Assembly (NCBI GenBank): GCA_009914755.4
Contig: CP068257.2
Span: 12,096,001-12,160,000, forward strand
Source: the human T2T-CHM13v2.0 reference genome, Homo sapiens
Reading direction: 5' to 3'
Length of the DNA: 64,000 nucleotides
The notes beneath the pieces are model-generated. The model was not told where the DNA came from. It did not search any database and saw only the letters and a list, made by a program, of their open reading frames with translations. The position numbers and the translations under genes are program-made. Numbering within the stretch: the first letter of the stretch is position 1; each line of letters opens with the position of its first letter. Below, piece by piece: positions 41,456 through 52,000 of the stretch.

Positions 41456-43163
41456 CCAGGGCAGCGGGCATGCCACAACTCCTCGGGACACATGTGTGGG
41501 CCAAGTAGACAGCACCAGCCCCTCAAGGACCATGGCCTGAGCCTGGTGGACGCCCTTCCCTCTGGTCGGTTGTGGGGCTCAATAAATGGCTCTGTGAACT
41601 TCCCCTGCACCCCCAGGGCCATTCCCATGAGCTGCTCCCTGATTCACAGGGCTGGGCCCACCCTGGGACAGCTGCCCCCGCTCTCCTCAGGACAACAAGC
41701 CACATCCCTCCACTGGGGGCCCCAGCCCCCACGCAGTCAGGGTGTACCGTGCACAGGGTTCGTAGGGACTGCAGTTGTGGAGGCCCCAAGTCCGTCCCTG
41801 AGCAGGCACTGGTGCCGCCAAGATAGTCTCCTGGCTGTGTTGGAAAGGAATTGTGCCTGGGTGTGGCCCCAGCTGTGCCACCAGCCGCCCTGATTTGCTT
41901 CAGCCTCGGTTCCTGCTGCGACCCTGGTGGGATCCAGAAGCACTGAGGCCTGCAGGGGCTGGCGTGGGGACTGGCTTGGGGCCCTCCCCACCTGGGTGTC
42001 TGTTTCCCTTCCAGTCTCCCCTGCCACCCTCAGTGACCAGGGACACAGATGGCCCTGGCAAGGCCCCCGGCCTGCTCCTTGCCTGTTGTCTGCACCCCCC
42101 TGGGCTGCATCCCCCCTATCCCACCCATTGCCCTCGCCCTACCCAGCTGCTCCAAACCCAGGCAGCCCACTGCCTTGCTCTGGGGACGGAGAGCAGAGGG
42201 TCCTTCTGCAGGGAGGAGACGTGGAGTGGGCCCAGCCCTGAAGTTCTTGCTGACCCAGAAGTGAGAGAGGTCCTCCTTTGTTGCTAGAAGCCCTGGGATT
42301 TGGGGGTTGGTTTTTGGACTGTGAATCAGTGACTGATCAGTTCTTGTTTTCAAGTTGTGGAAACCAAGGGGGTGGTGCGTCCCCAGGCCCCTGACGCCCA
42401 GCTTGGCTCCCCCTGCCCGAGCTCCCCCCGTCCCAGTGCTCTGTGGGGCCTCGCTGGCCCATGTCCTGCAGCAGAGCTGGGCAGGCTGGGTGTGGTGGTG
42501 CACCCTGCTGGGGGTGTCTGGGAAGTGCAGAGCAGGACCACTCTCAGCTCCCAGGTGGGGGCCCAGCACCCTGAGCCTTCCCAGGCTGCCTGGGGTGGGG
42601 GTGGTCCCAGGGACTCCAGGGCCTCCTGGCTCCAGGGCATGTGGGTGGCCCCTGTGCACAGCCCCTCTTGTTGTGAGCCCCCATGGTCCGACCTCCCCTG
42701 GCCCTGCTGCCTGCTCAGGGTTCATAGCCCCAGCAGCCCTGCCAAGGCTGCCTGGAGAGTGGGTGGCCGAGGCGAGTTGGAGCCTGCGTCCCTTCTTTTC
42801 AGTGTCCTGGCCCTTCCCTGACACGAGCAGACACGGCATCCACAGAGACAGCCTGGACACCCTCCAAGGCCCCAGCCGATGGGACAGACAGGCGTACAGG
42901 AGCCACAGGCAGCAGATCCCATGCTCTCTCAGCCGGGGCCGGCTTGGCTGCCCAGCCCCAGCTCCTTAGAGAACGGGCTTCTGGCTTCAGAGGAGCTGGT
43001 CACAAACCAATGCTTGCGACAAAACCATTTTTGTGGTAGAGCGAGTGTTGGGAACAACGTCTGTGGGATGCACGCAGGGAAGTGTGGTGGGGGTGCGGAT
43101 GGGGGCGGCTTCCACTTTCTCCAGCATCCTAATCCCACGGTCTGGGTTTCTTGTGAAAAACCT

Positions 43164-43477
43164 GGCCAGGCGCAGTGGCGCACACCTGTAATCCCAGCAC
43201 TTTGGGAGGCCAAGGCAGGCATATCACTTGAGGCCAGGAGTTCAAGACCAGCCAACATAGTGAGACCCCATCTTGACAAAAAAATACAAAAATTAGCCAG
43301 GCGTGGTGGTGCGTGCCTGTACTCCTAGCTACTGGGGAGGCTGAGATGGGAGGATTGCTTGAGCGTAGGAGGCCATGGCTATAGTGAGCCAAGACTGTGC
43401 CACAGCACTCCAGCCTGGGTGACAGAGTGATCCTGTCTCTAAAAAATAAAAATTTAAAAACGCAAAAAAAAAAAAAA
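43164..43477 (+). mobile_element. Alu SINE (sense) forming the 3' end of the SLX9-like retrocopy. It has no TSD of its own
   Basis: GGCCAGGCGCAGTGGCGCACACCTGTAATCCCAGCACTTTGGGAGGCCAAGGCAGGCATATCACTTGAGGCCAGGAGTTCAAGACCAGCC ... GGGTGACAGAGTGATCCTGTCTCTAAAAAATAAAAATTTAAAAACGC(A)14. Upstream flank ttcttgtgaaaaacct does not match the downstream flank. Confidence 0.9.
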
Positions 43478-43602
43478 GAATTATACCTCATAGATTTCTA
43501 TGAGAATGAAATGAGCTAAGAGTCATAAAATGTTTGAAAAACTAGCTGGCTTAAATAAGTATTCTTATTTTTTAAATATCTGTTAATGAAGTATTAGTTA
43601 GC

Positions 43603-43626
43603 TTTTTTTTTTTTTTTTTTTTTTTT
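43603..43626. repeat. (T)24 homopolymer
   Basis: gc followed by 24 T then ggtaataagc. Confidence 0.9.
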
Positions 43627-43890
43627 GGTAATAAGCTTGGGTATTGACCCTAAGGAATGTTTTGCACTTAAGGTAGAGTTTGCCTATAAAAATCCAGCCT
43701 GTACATTTTGAGAAAAGGGATATCAGACACTTGATTAGCTCTATGTGGTCTTTGTATCAGAAATTAAACACCAGCTGTTGTAAGAGATAAAGCCTGACAT
43801 CTCAGTGGCTTAACAAAAAGAGATGTTTATTTTTCATAATGTAAAATTCAATCTGCAACAAGGATTAGGGTGAGAGTGGGATCTATGGTT

Positions 43891-44090
43891 GTATTAGTCT
43901 GCTTAGGCTGCCATAACAAAATACCATAGACTGTTTGGCTTAAAAAACAAAGCATTTTTAAATCACAGTTCTGGAGGCTAGAAATTCAAGATTAAGATGC
44001 TGTCAGGGTTGATGTCTAGTGAGGGCTCTTTTCCTCGCTATCGGGGGAACCAGCACCCAATATTTCAACATAGGTTCTTTCTATTTTCCC
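43891..44090. mobile_element. MLT1-family MaLR LTR, partial copy with an internal deletion
   Basis: tgtattagtctgcttaggctgccataacaaaataccatagactgtttggcttaaaaaacaaagcatttttaaatcacagttctggaggctagaaattcaagattaagatgctgtcagggttgatgtctagtgagggctcttttcctc.. Confidence 0.7.
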
Positions 44091-44748
44091 TAAGTGTCGG
44101 CTGGTCTGAGAAATAAAGAGAAAGAATACAAAGAGAGAAATTTTACAGCTGGGCCCCTGGGGGTGTCATCACATATTGGTAGGACTGTGATGGCAACCAT
44201 GAGCCACAAAACCAGCAAGTTTTTATTAGAGATTTTAAAAGGGGAGGGGGTGTACAAACAGAGAGTAGGTCACAGGGATCACATGCTTCAAAGGGCAATA
44301 CATATCACAAGGTGAAGGCAAAATTAGAATTACTGATGAAGGTCTATGTCCCACTGTGCATGCATTGTCTTGATAAACATCTTAGCAGGAAACAGGGTTC
44401 GAGAGCAGACAATCGGTCTGACTAGAATTTACCAGGCTGGAATTTTTGAATCCTAGTAAGCCCAAGGGTACTGCAGGAGACCAGGGTGTATTTCAGTCCT
44501 TACTTCAACCACATAAGACAGACACTCCCAGAGCAGCCGTCTACAGACCTACCCCCAGGAATGCATTCCTTCCCCAGGGTTATCAATTATTAATATTCCT
44601 TTTGAAAAAGAATTCAGCGATATTTCTCCTACTCACACATCTGTCTATAGGATCTCTGCAAGAAGAAAAATATGGCTGTATTCTGCCCGACCCTGCAGGC
44701 AGTCAGATCTTATGGTTGTCTTCCCTTGTTCCCTGAAAATCTGTTACT

Positions 44749-44795
44749 CTGTTCTTTTTCAGTATAAGCAGAGATATCATGCACAAATCGGGTGA
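44749..44795. repeat. Left arm of a ~47-bp imperfect inverted-repeat pair (partner at 45881-45927)
   Basis: ctgttctttttcagtataagcagagatatcatgcacaaatcgggtga. The reverse complement of the right arm is ggactcttttcttgtataagcagagatatcatgcacagatctggtga. The core gtataagcagagatatcatgcaca is identical in both (24 of 24). Confidence 0.8.
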
Positions 44796-44903
44796 TGAAA
44801 TCCACTGATTTGGTATTGTTCAAACACGCATATTTTACAATCAGTTTATATAATAGTGGTCCTGAGGTGATGTACATTCTCAGCTTACAAAGATAACAGG
44901 ATT

Positions 44904-45080
44904 AAGAGATTAAAGACAGGCATAAGAAACTATAAGAGTATTGATTGGGGAAGTGATAAAAGTCCATGAAATCTTCACAATTTATGTTCAGAGATTGCAG
45001 TAAAGACAGGTGTAAGAAATTATAAAAGTATTAATTTGGGGAACTGATAAATGTCCATGAAATCTTCACAATTTATGTTC
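44904..45080. repeat. Tandem duplication, 2 copies of a ~90-bp unit (~88% identical)
   Basis: taaagacaggcataagaaactataagagtattgattggggaagtgataaaagtccatgaaatcttcacaatttatgttc (44911-44989), then agagattgcag, then taaagacaggtgtaagaaattataaaagtattaatttggggaactgataaatgtccatgaaatcttcacaatttatgttc (45001-45080). Confidence 0.9.
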
Positions 45081-45880
45081 TTCTGCCTTGGCTGCAGCTG
45101 GTCCCTCCATTCGGGGTCCCTGACTTCCCACAACATCTAGCTCATAGATGGCCTCCTTCTCACTATGCCCTCACATCTTCTTTCCTCTGTGCTCTCAATG
45201 CTGGGCAGGGGGAGAGAGAGCATGCTCTGGTCTTTCTTCTACTTATAAGGAGAAGAGGAGAGAAGGGTCTACATAGTCTTTCAGAGATTGAGGCTGAAAG
45301 AGGATCCACCATTTTCAGCATGGAGCTTCTGGGATCTCCCTGAGTGTCAATATTCAGTAGCAAGTGAAGAGAAAGAATTGTACACAGGAGGGTAAGTGGC
45401 TGAGGTCAGTAATCACTTCTGCCCACTTCCCACAGGCTGAATGCAGTTGCATGCCACCTAACTGCAAGGGAGACTGGGAAACACTGCCTACAGTGTGGAA
45501 AGAAATAAATCTTGTGAATAACTAGCTATTGAATAGTTCTATTGAATCTTCCTCACAGTCCTTGGACCTCCTAGGGGAAAAAAAGTGCACCTTTTCTTAA
45601 CTCTTCCAGAGTGTTCTCTAGTTCATGCTACTTCAAGTTCTTTCCCCAAACTTTTCTCACCTATGTTTTCCTATGGGGCTATCTGACTCAGTTCATGGGC
45701 AATGTGTTCCTATAAAGAAGAAGGAGTGTAGGGCCACCTTCAGCTTATGTTTTAGCTCTAGAGGATGAGAGAAGAGCCAACGTGTGTCAGTTTGAGGATG
45801 GATGTACAGTGAGTAGTGAGGGGCTTTTTCCACCTTGAATGCATGAGAGCTCTTGAGCCCCTCCCACTGCATTTTCAGAG

Positions 45881-45927
45881 TCACCAGATCTGTGCATGAT
45901 ATCTCTGCTTATACAAGAAAAGAGTCC
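45881..45927. repeat. Right arm of the inverted-repeat pair (partner at 44749-44795)
   Basis: tcaccagatctgtgcatgatatctctgcttatacaagaaaagagtcc. Confidence 0.8.
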
Positions 45928-47081
45928 CTGTGATTGCTCCGTATTTTCTGTCATGGTAAGAATGAAGAGCAAGAGAGCTAGGATAAGGCCCTAGAAAAAG
46001 GCAATGGCAAAGCTCAGATAAATGCCTTTCACCCCTACCACTATCTCTCCAGAAAACCCCATGTAAACCTTGAGCACACTGCAAAGTCATTGGACAGGTT
46101 TCTCTCCAGCAAGAAAGCCCCATGCCCCCTGCCAGTTCACTGGGGCCTCTCAGGCACCATTCTCAACATGAGCTATTGGTTGGGTCTGGTATGTAGGGGA
46201 GCTGCCAGTGCCACTGAAGTCACGTGATAATTGTGGTCTCCTGGCCAGGAAGCAGCTGATCTAGCTTGGGGACAGGGCAGGCAGGATGTGCCATTGATTC
46301 CCTTGTGAGAAATTCCTAAGAATCTACTCTCCATCTGCAATTAATTCTCCCAGGAGAATTAAGAGATTTTTTTTTTCTCTTTTCTAAAGGGAACAAATAA
46401 AGGCCCAATTATTTTTCCAGCAGTCTGAGTTTAGAGTCTACAAATTCTAATTTTTTGTTTCCTGGAAACAGTAAAATTCCATTGCCATTTGTTTTCTTCT
46501 TTAAAATCCCCTTTACTGCACTTTCAAAGTAAGCTTTCCTCATAGCCCTGAAGAGCCTTTGTCTTTAGGTTGTCAGTAAAAACAAGTTGCCCCTTTTGAC
46601 TCAGTTGGTTGAGATATAGTGTACTGAAATGCACCCAGCAGGCCATTGCCAAAGTTGTGGTTTTTCAATTTATGTTTGAGACAAAAGAGTCCAAGGAGAA
46701 TTCCACTTGTGTAGGTTGCATAAGAGATGACAAACAAAGCTGAACTGGATAAGAGTATAAAGAAAGTAAGAGAAGCAAAATGTGTGATAGAGGCCACAGA
46801 TGCTGCCATATAGACAGCGAGATGGTGACAAGGTGAAAAGGGGCTGCAAATTTATTAACTGGCTCAGTCCTTACTGAGAGCTCTGCACCATATCTCCTCC
46901 ACACAGGTGCAGATTTTGCTTTTAGTTTTACAAAGATTAGAGCAAGAAAGAAGCTGCTTTTAAAACAAGAAAAAAAACCACTTTCAGTGCACCATCTCGT
47001 ATAATATTATATCCTATTGTACCCTGCCATGGTTTAGGCATCACTGTATTCTCTCATTGTGTAATATATATATTAAGAGCT

Positions 47082-47147
47082 AAATAAATGTCTGTTTCAT
47101 TGAAGGTAAGAGCTAAATAAATGTCTGTTTCATTGAATAGTTCAGCT
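47082..47147. repeat. Tandem duplication of a ~33-bp unit (2 copies)
   Basis: taagagctaaataaatgtctgtttcattgaagg then taagagctaaataaatgtctgtttcattgaatag. Confidence 0.9.
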
Positions 47148-48690
47148 CTGCTTTCACCTCTTCTAATTAAACCAACACCACATGCCACTTGCTACCTCCT
47201 GAACAATTACTACTTTTGTGTTTCTTCATTTATCCAACAAACAGCTCCAAAGATGGAACATTCAACTCTAACATAAACCCTGCTGCTTCCAGGGGCTCTG
47301 CGCCCATCCCCTTGTTATGCTACACTGACATTTAGACCTACTAGAAGGTAACTGTTTTTCATTTATGTGTCCTTACAAGTCCCAATAAGAGTCCCTGAAG
47401 AAAAAAGGTACATTGCATACCCAACATCAATTACATTTATCTTCCCTCATATGCAAAGCATCGTATGTTTCCACATTCAAGAAGCAAACTCATGAGTCAT
47501 CATGGGAACACCATGACTTTTAGATTCAGACTGATCTATATTCATATGTGGAACTGATTCCACATTACATGTCTAGCTGTAAAACTGGGAGTAATGTATG
47601 TATATGACCTTTGTAGATCTGTTTTTTTCATCGGAATAATAGCAATATTTAGCTTGCAGGTTTGTTCTGGGAATTCAATGAGATGACACACATGCAGTGG
47701 GGCTGCAAATGTACTGATGTTGGAGTCAAAATGTGGGAAAAACAGGGGCCTTTTAGTGTTCTATATGCAGACTAGTCTTTGTAGACTTGCACTCCCATTG
47801 ATAGTGGAGGCAGTCGTGCGATCTTGGTTTGTTCTAGTAATTGACATGTCATTTAGTTAACACAATCTGTTTTAGATGCTTTTCAGACTTTCAGATTCTG
47901 TCTCCTACTCCTGAACTTCCCTGGAATGACACCAAGTTGTATGAGGGGTTTACTGTGTCCTTGTGATAGTGGGGAGAAAAAAAATTCAGATCATGTGGAA
48001 TCCTTAGATGCCCTCTATGCCCAGCTGTGGACAGGCTGGTCCACCTCTCCTTGTCTGAGGATTGCTGAGCTCTGTCTAGCTCTGCCTATCCTTTTGGAGT
48101 GAAGCTTTGGCTTCCTGGAGTCCAAGGTTTCAGGCATTTGTGTGTATTCAGGTCCACCCCCACTTTATCCTATCCACTCTGACCCCAAGCTTCTGACAGT
48201 TGCCCACTCCTTTCTCAACACTTCCACATCCCTTCTGGAGCATTTGGGAAATCTTAAATCCCTGTCATAACAAGTGCAGACAATGGAGAGCCAGGGCTCC
48301 ATAGTGGACTCACCACCTGAACCCATTCTGCAGTCTTCCCACAGAATTGCTCTGGAGCCATGATGGATCTGGCATCCAGCTGAAGGCACAAATTGTTCTA
48401 GGGGCCTGCAGACTCTGCCTTGGAAAATAATCTACTCCTCTGATATTAGTGTATTGCCCCATACTTCTATGTTCCTAAAAGACTTTTGCATTTGATGTAT
48501 GATTCTTATGTGGGAATAGGACCTTTTTGTTCTACTTTTTTTTTTTCTGCCTCCATTATCTGACAGGATGGTAAGGGGTAAGCTTTCCTGTTACTTTCCC
48601 TTCCTGTCTGAATGCAACTGTCCTATATCATTTGCTACTCATTCCTCTAAGATTGCAGTCTCAAAGTTCAGTCCAAATGATGAAATTGGC

Positions 48691-49055
48691 TGTATCTTGG
48701 TTTATTCTGGCTACTACAACAAACTACCATAGACTGGGTAGCTTATAAAAAACAGAAATGTATTTCTCACCTTTCTCAAGTCTGGGAAGTCTAAGATGAA
48801 GCCACCAGCAAATTCCATGTCTGCTGAGGCCTGTTTTCTGGTTCATAGACGGTGCTTTCTCACTGTGTCCTCACATTGGTGGAAGAGGCGAGGGCTTTTC
48901 CTTGAGTACCTCATAAGGGCACTAATCCCATTCATGTGGATCTGCCCCCATGACCTAATCACCTCCCTAAGTCTTCACCCTCTGATACCATCACCATAGG
49001 AGTTAAAATTTCAACATACAAATTCTGAGAAGGCAGAAACAGTCAGACCCTAGCA
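48691..49055. mobile_element. MLT1-family MaLR LTR copy
   Basis: tgtatcttggtttattctggctactacaacaaactaccatagactgggtagcttataaaaaacagaaatgtatttctcacctttctcaagtctgggaagtctaagatgaagccaccagc...ggttcatagacggtgctttctcactgtgtcctcacattggtggaagaggcgagg...gggcactaatcccattcatgtgg..catgacctaatcacctccc..accatcaccataggagttaaaatttcaacatacaaattctg. Confidence 0.8.
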
Positions 49056-52000
49056 GGGTGCAAGGACAGAAATCAGCCCAACCGTAAGAAAACTTAGAAA
49101 ATATATCTAAAACTTTATCCCTGTTATAGATGGAAAATACTTGGTGCAGAGCCTGGAATCTTCTATGAACTTGGATAGGTGAACAACACTGTACTACATG
49201 GTGATAGCTGTGAAGGATCCAAGTGTTACACTTAGAACTGACAAATTCAACATATTTTGTCAGACAAGCATTGGGCTCATTCTGTCCATTCCACAGTCTA
49301 TTGGCTGAACTCTGCTAAACCTATGTGATTAAATAAAGACATCTGTAAAAGTCCTAATGATGGTCACACTACAAAGCTCTTTGAGTAACTAATCCCAGTG
49401 TTAGCCAGCAATGAGTCTTAGGGAAGTTCTTCACATTCACCTGGATTCCAAATACCTAATAAAAAAGAGCAAGTGTCAAACTCAGAGTGTGTGTCTCTCT
49501 CTTCCTGTTTATTTGTGAATGGCTTTTAATGAATAGGAAAAGAACAAAAAGTATAAATGCAGCTTGTCAACCACAGCAATGTGCCTTTTCAACTTTTAGC
49601 TAAGACATGAAAAGTTATAATTTCACTACTTTTTATATAAACATAACTGCATATTTTCACAGCTTTGCTTTAAGACTTAAGCTCCTCCAGCTGATCATAA
49701 ATTGCCAGGAAATGTCTGCCCAGTCTATCACAGTGTCTTAATTAAGCAAAGGCATAGAAATTATACGGGGGCCTTGGCCCATGGGACTCACCAGGTGTAA
49801 TGAATTCTGAAGAAGCAGTAGACACAGATTTCCCAGGGTGGGCTAATAATAAATACTAGTGGAAGGACAACAGAAATAAAAAAAGTTTTTTCTCTTTTCT
49901 ACCAATCTCTTCCTTTTGAAAAAGATAGCAACAAAGATAGCTTAAAGATGGATCTTTAAGCCTCAATTTTGATGCCATTTCTTTCTAGAGAATTTTTGGT
50001 TTCTCCTTTCCACACTCCATTATAGGCTGTGCTAAGGGACCCTCCTCTGAACTCCTATTGGTAAACAACATTATTATTGCATTATTCACACCTGCCATAA
50101 TTGTCTTTTTATATATTTGTCTCCCCCAGTAAGTCTGTGGCCTTGCCTTGTGTTTCCAATAATTCACTCCTCAGAGGGATTTCCCAGGGGGCTGGGGGCA
50201 GAGAGGGGCCCACTGATAAACAGCAGATGCCCAGTAGGCCTGAGGCATGTCTGACACCTGTATGATGAAGGAGATGGGAAAAAAGGAGAAGCAGCTCCTG
50301 GGATGACATAGTTAAGAGCCCGAGGAGGTGCATTGCTTTAAAATTACTGATCATAAGAAACAGTTCCTGCAAATGGTGTGGGGCATGCAACCTTCTGTCC
50401 ATGCCAATTCACTTGGTAAACACCAGAAACAGAATTCTCATTGGGTACTTGAAGCTCATAGAAATGTCAAGAGTAAAAGGAATGGTGCAGTTGGAATTCC
50501 TGTGCAATTTGAAGCTCTCACTTGAAAATGAGAGAGGGACAAGGAACCAGGAGTGAACAGACCAGGGGATCAAGCAGGAATAATATGTGGTTCAATACTT
50601 GTCCAAAGTAAGAGAGATGAAATATTCACTACTTTAGAAAAACTAAAGTGCTCACCTTTCTGAGGTCATGGCCTTCCAAGAAGAGATATTTTAGTTGCAA
50701 TAAATGAGCTCTTTCTACATGAGGCTGAGGGTTTGGCTTCCTTAATTCTGCAAAAATAATAATAATAATAAAAAGAGAGAGAGAAATAAAACGCACCCAT
50801 TGATGTTCAAAGAGGAAGAGCAAAAGCCTGAACTTGCCATATCAATGACTAACTATAGAGTTATTCATTGGAATAAGATACATAGGATTTGCATCCCAAG
50901 AGAGGGCACTGACCCTGTTTGAGAATGATCATTTGGTTAATAATTGTTTAATTTCCTTCCTTTTTAGAATTTGAAACAACAAAATCTATTAAGCAAAAAG
51001 TGGTAAGAGAGCACAAGATGCAGGAGACTTTCTCTGTCCCAAAAGACCTTACAGACTTGTTGAGAAGATTGTATGAATAAGTGAAAATCACCAAACGATG
51101 GCATATGTGCTTGGCACAGAGTGGGCAATTGGTTAATATCTGTATGGATTGCTGCTTAGCTAATGAAGTCTGTGGTGTATTTACTAGCCTTGAGTACATA
51201 ATGTTGACTAAACTATGCTCCGCCCTGACAAACCATGAGGCCTGCTCTTCGCACCGCTCCCACCTCGGGCCTGTACAATGAATCCCTGAGCTCCCTGTCC
51301 TTAGGAGTCACTGCCCTTTGGTCTTGTGAGGCCTTTCAGACCACACCCCTCCTGTCCTAACCTTCTTCCCTAACCTTCTCACTTAATTGCCGCAATTTTA
51401 GTTTGTTTGCCAAAGGAAACGAATCTGTGTGACCGTGAAAGTAAGAAGTAATATGAAGTAATATAAACAAGTGGCATAAAGTGTTGTGTTGATTTTGTAT
51501 TGAGATGAGAAGTTGATCAGCTCGAACCCAGAAGGAAGGTAGTGCCCTTAGAGGCAGAAGTATAAATTGATGATCCAGGTCTGTCTCTTCGAAGTGTGCA
51601 CCCTTGAGCAACTTACCAATTCACAAAACCCAAGTTTCCTCATGTTTGCAGAGAAGGGATCCCAGCTGTGGCACAGGCTTTGTTGGGCCAGTGGGGTGAG
51701 CGCAGCTGGAGTGGACAGCCTTAAGTCCATTTTGCATGAACAATGGCTTGTTTGAATAGAAATGCTGGTAGGTCTTTTATTGGTGGTGAGAGAGGGCAAT
51801 AACAAGTAGAATGTAGGTGACAGTCAATCAATTATTTCAACTCATTGGTGACAGTCTTTTGGGAAATGCAGATTACATACTGTCAGGCCTCTGAGCCCAA
51901 GCTAAGCCATCATATCCCCTGTGACTTGCACTATACATCCAGATGGCCTGAAGCAACTGAAGAGCCACAAAAGAAGTGAAAATAGCCTTAACTGATGACA

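Larger units (their letters stand above)
40947..43477 (+). pseudogene. SLX9: 5'-truncated processed retrocopy of an SLX9 (FAM207A/C21orf70)-like mRNA: C-terminal ~170 codons, a ~1.7-kb GC-rich 3'UTR and a terminal Alu, then AATAAA and an A-tail, all enclosed by a 14-bp TSD
   Basis: Intron-free coding sequence ..FVNTNIFARTKIDPSALVQKLELDVRSVTSIRRGAEAKTVLPKEKMKLRREQWLQKIEAIKLAEQKHREERR*..MVVGDLHPLRDALPELLGLEAGSRRQACSRESNKPWPSELSRMSAAQRQQFLEEERTRFQELLASPAYRASPLLAIGQTLARQMQLEDGGQL*. I recall this as the C-terminus of human FAM207A/SLX9, but the parent assignment is from memory and needs BLAST confirmation. Confidence 0.6.

Noticed and set aside
41460-43150. Many overlapping 60-276-aa ORFs on both strands, which I considered as a GC-rich promoter or CpG-island gene
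   Set aside because: The region lies inside the TSD-bounded SLX9-like retrocopy and is best explained as its GC-rich 3'UTR. The ORFs are Pro/Gly/Ala/Arg-rich with no coherent frame and overlap each other on both strands.
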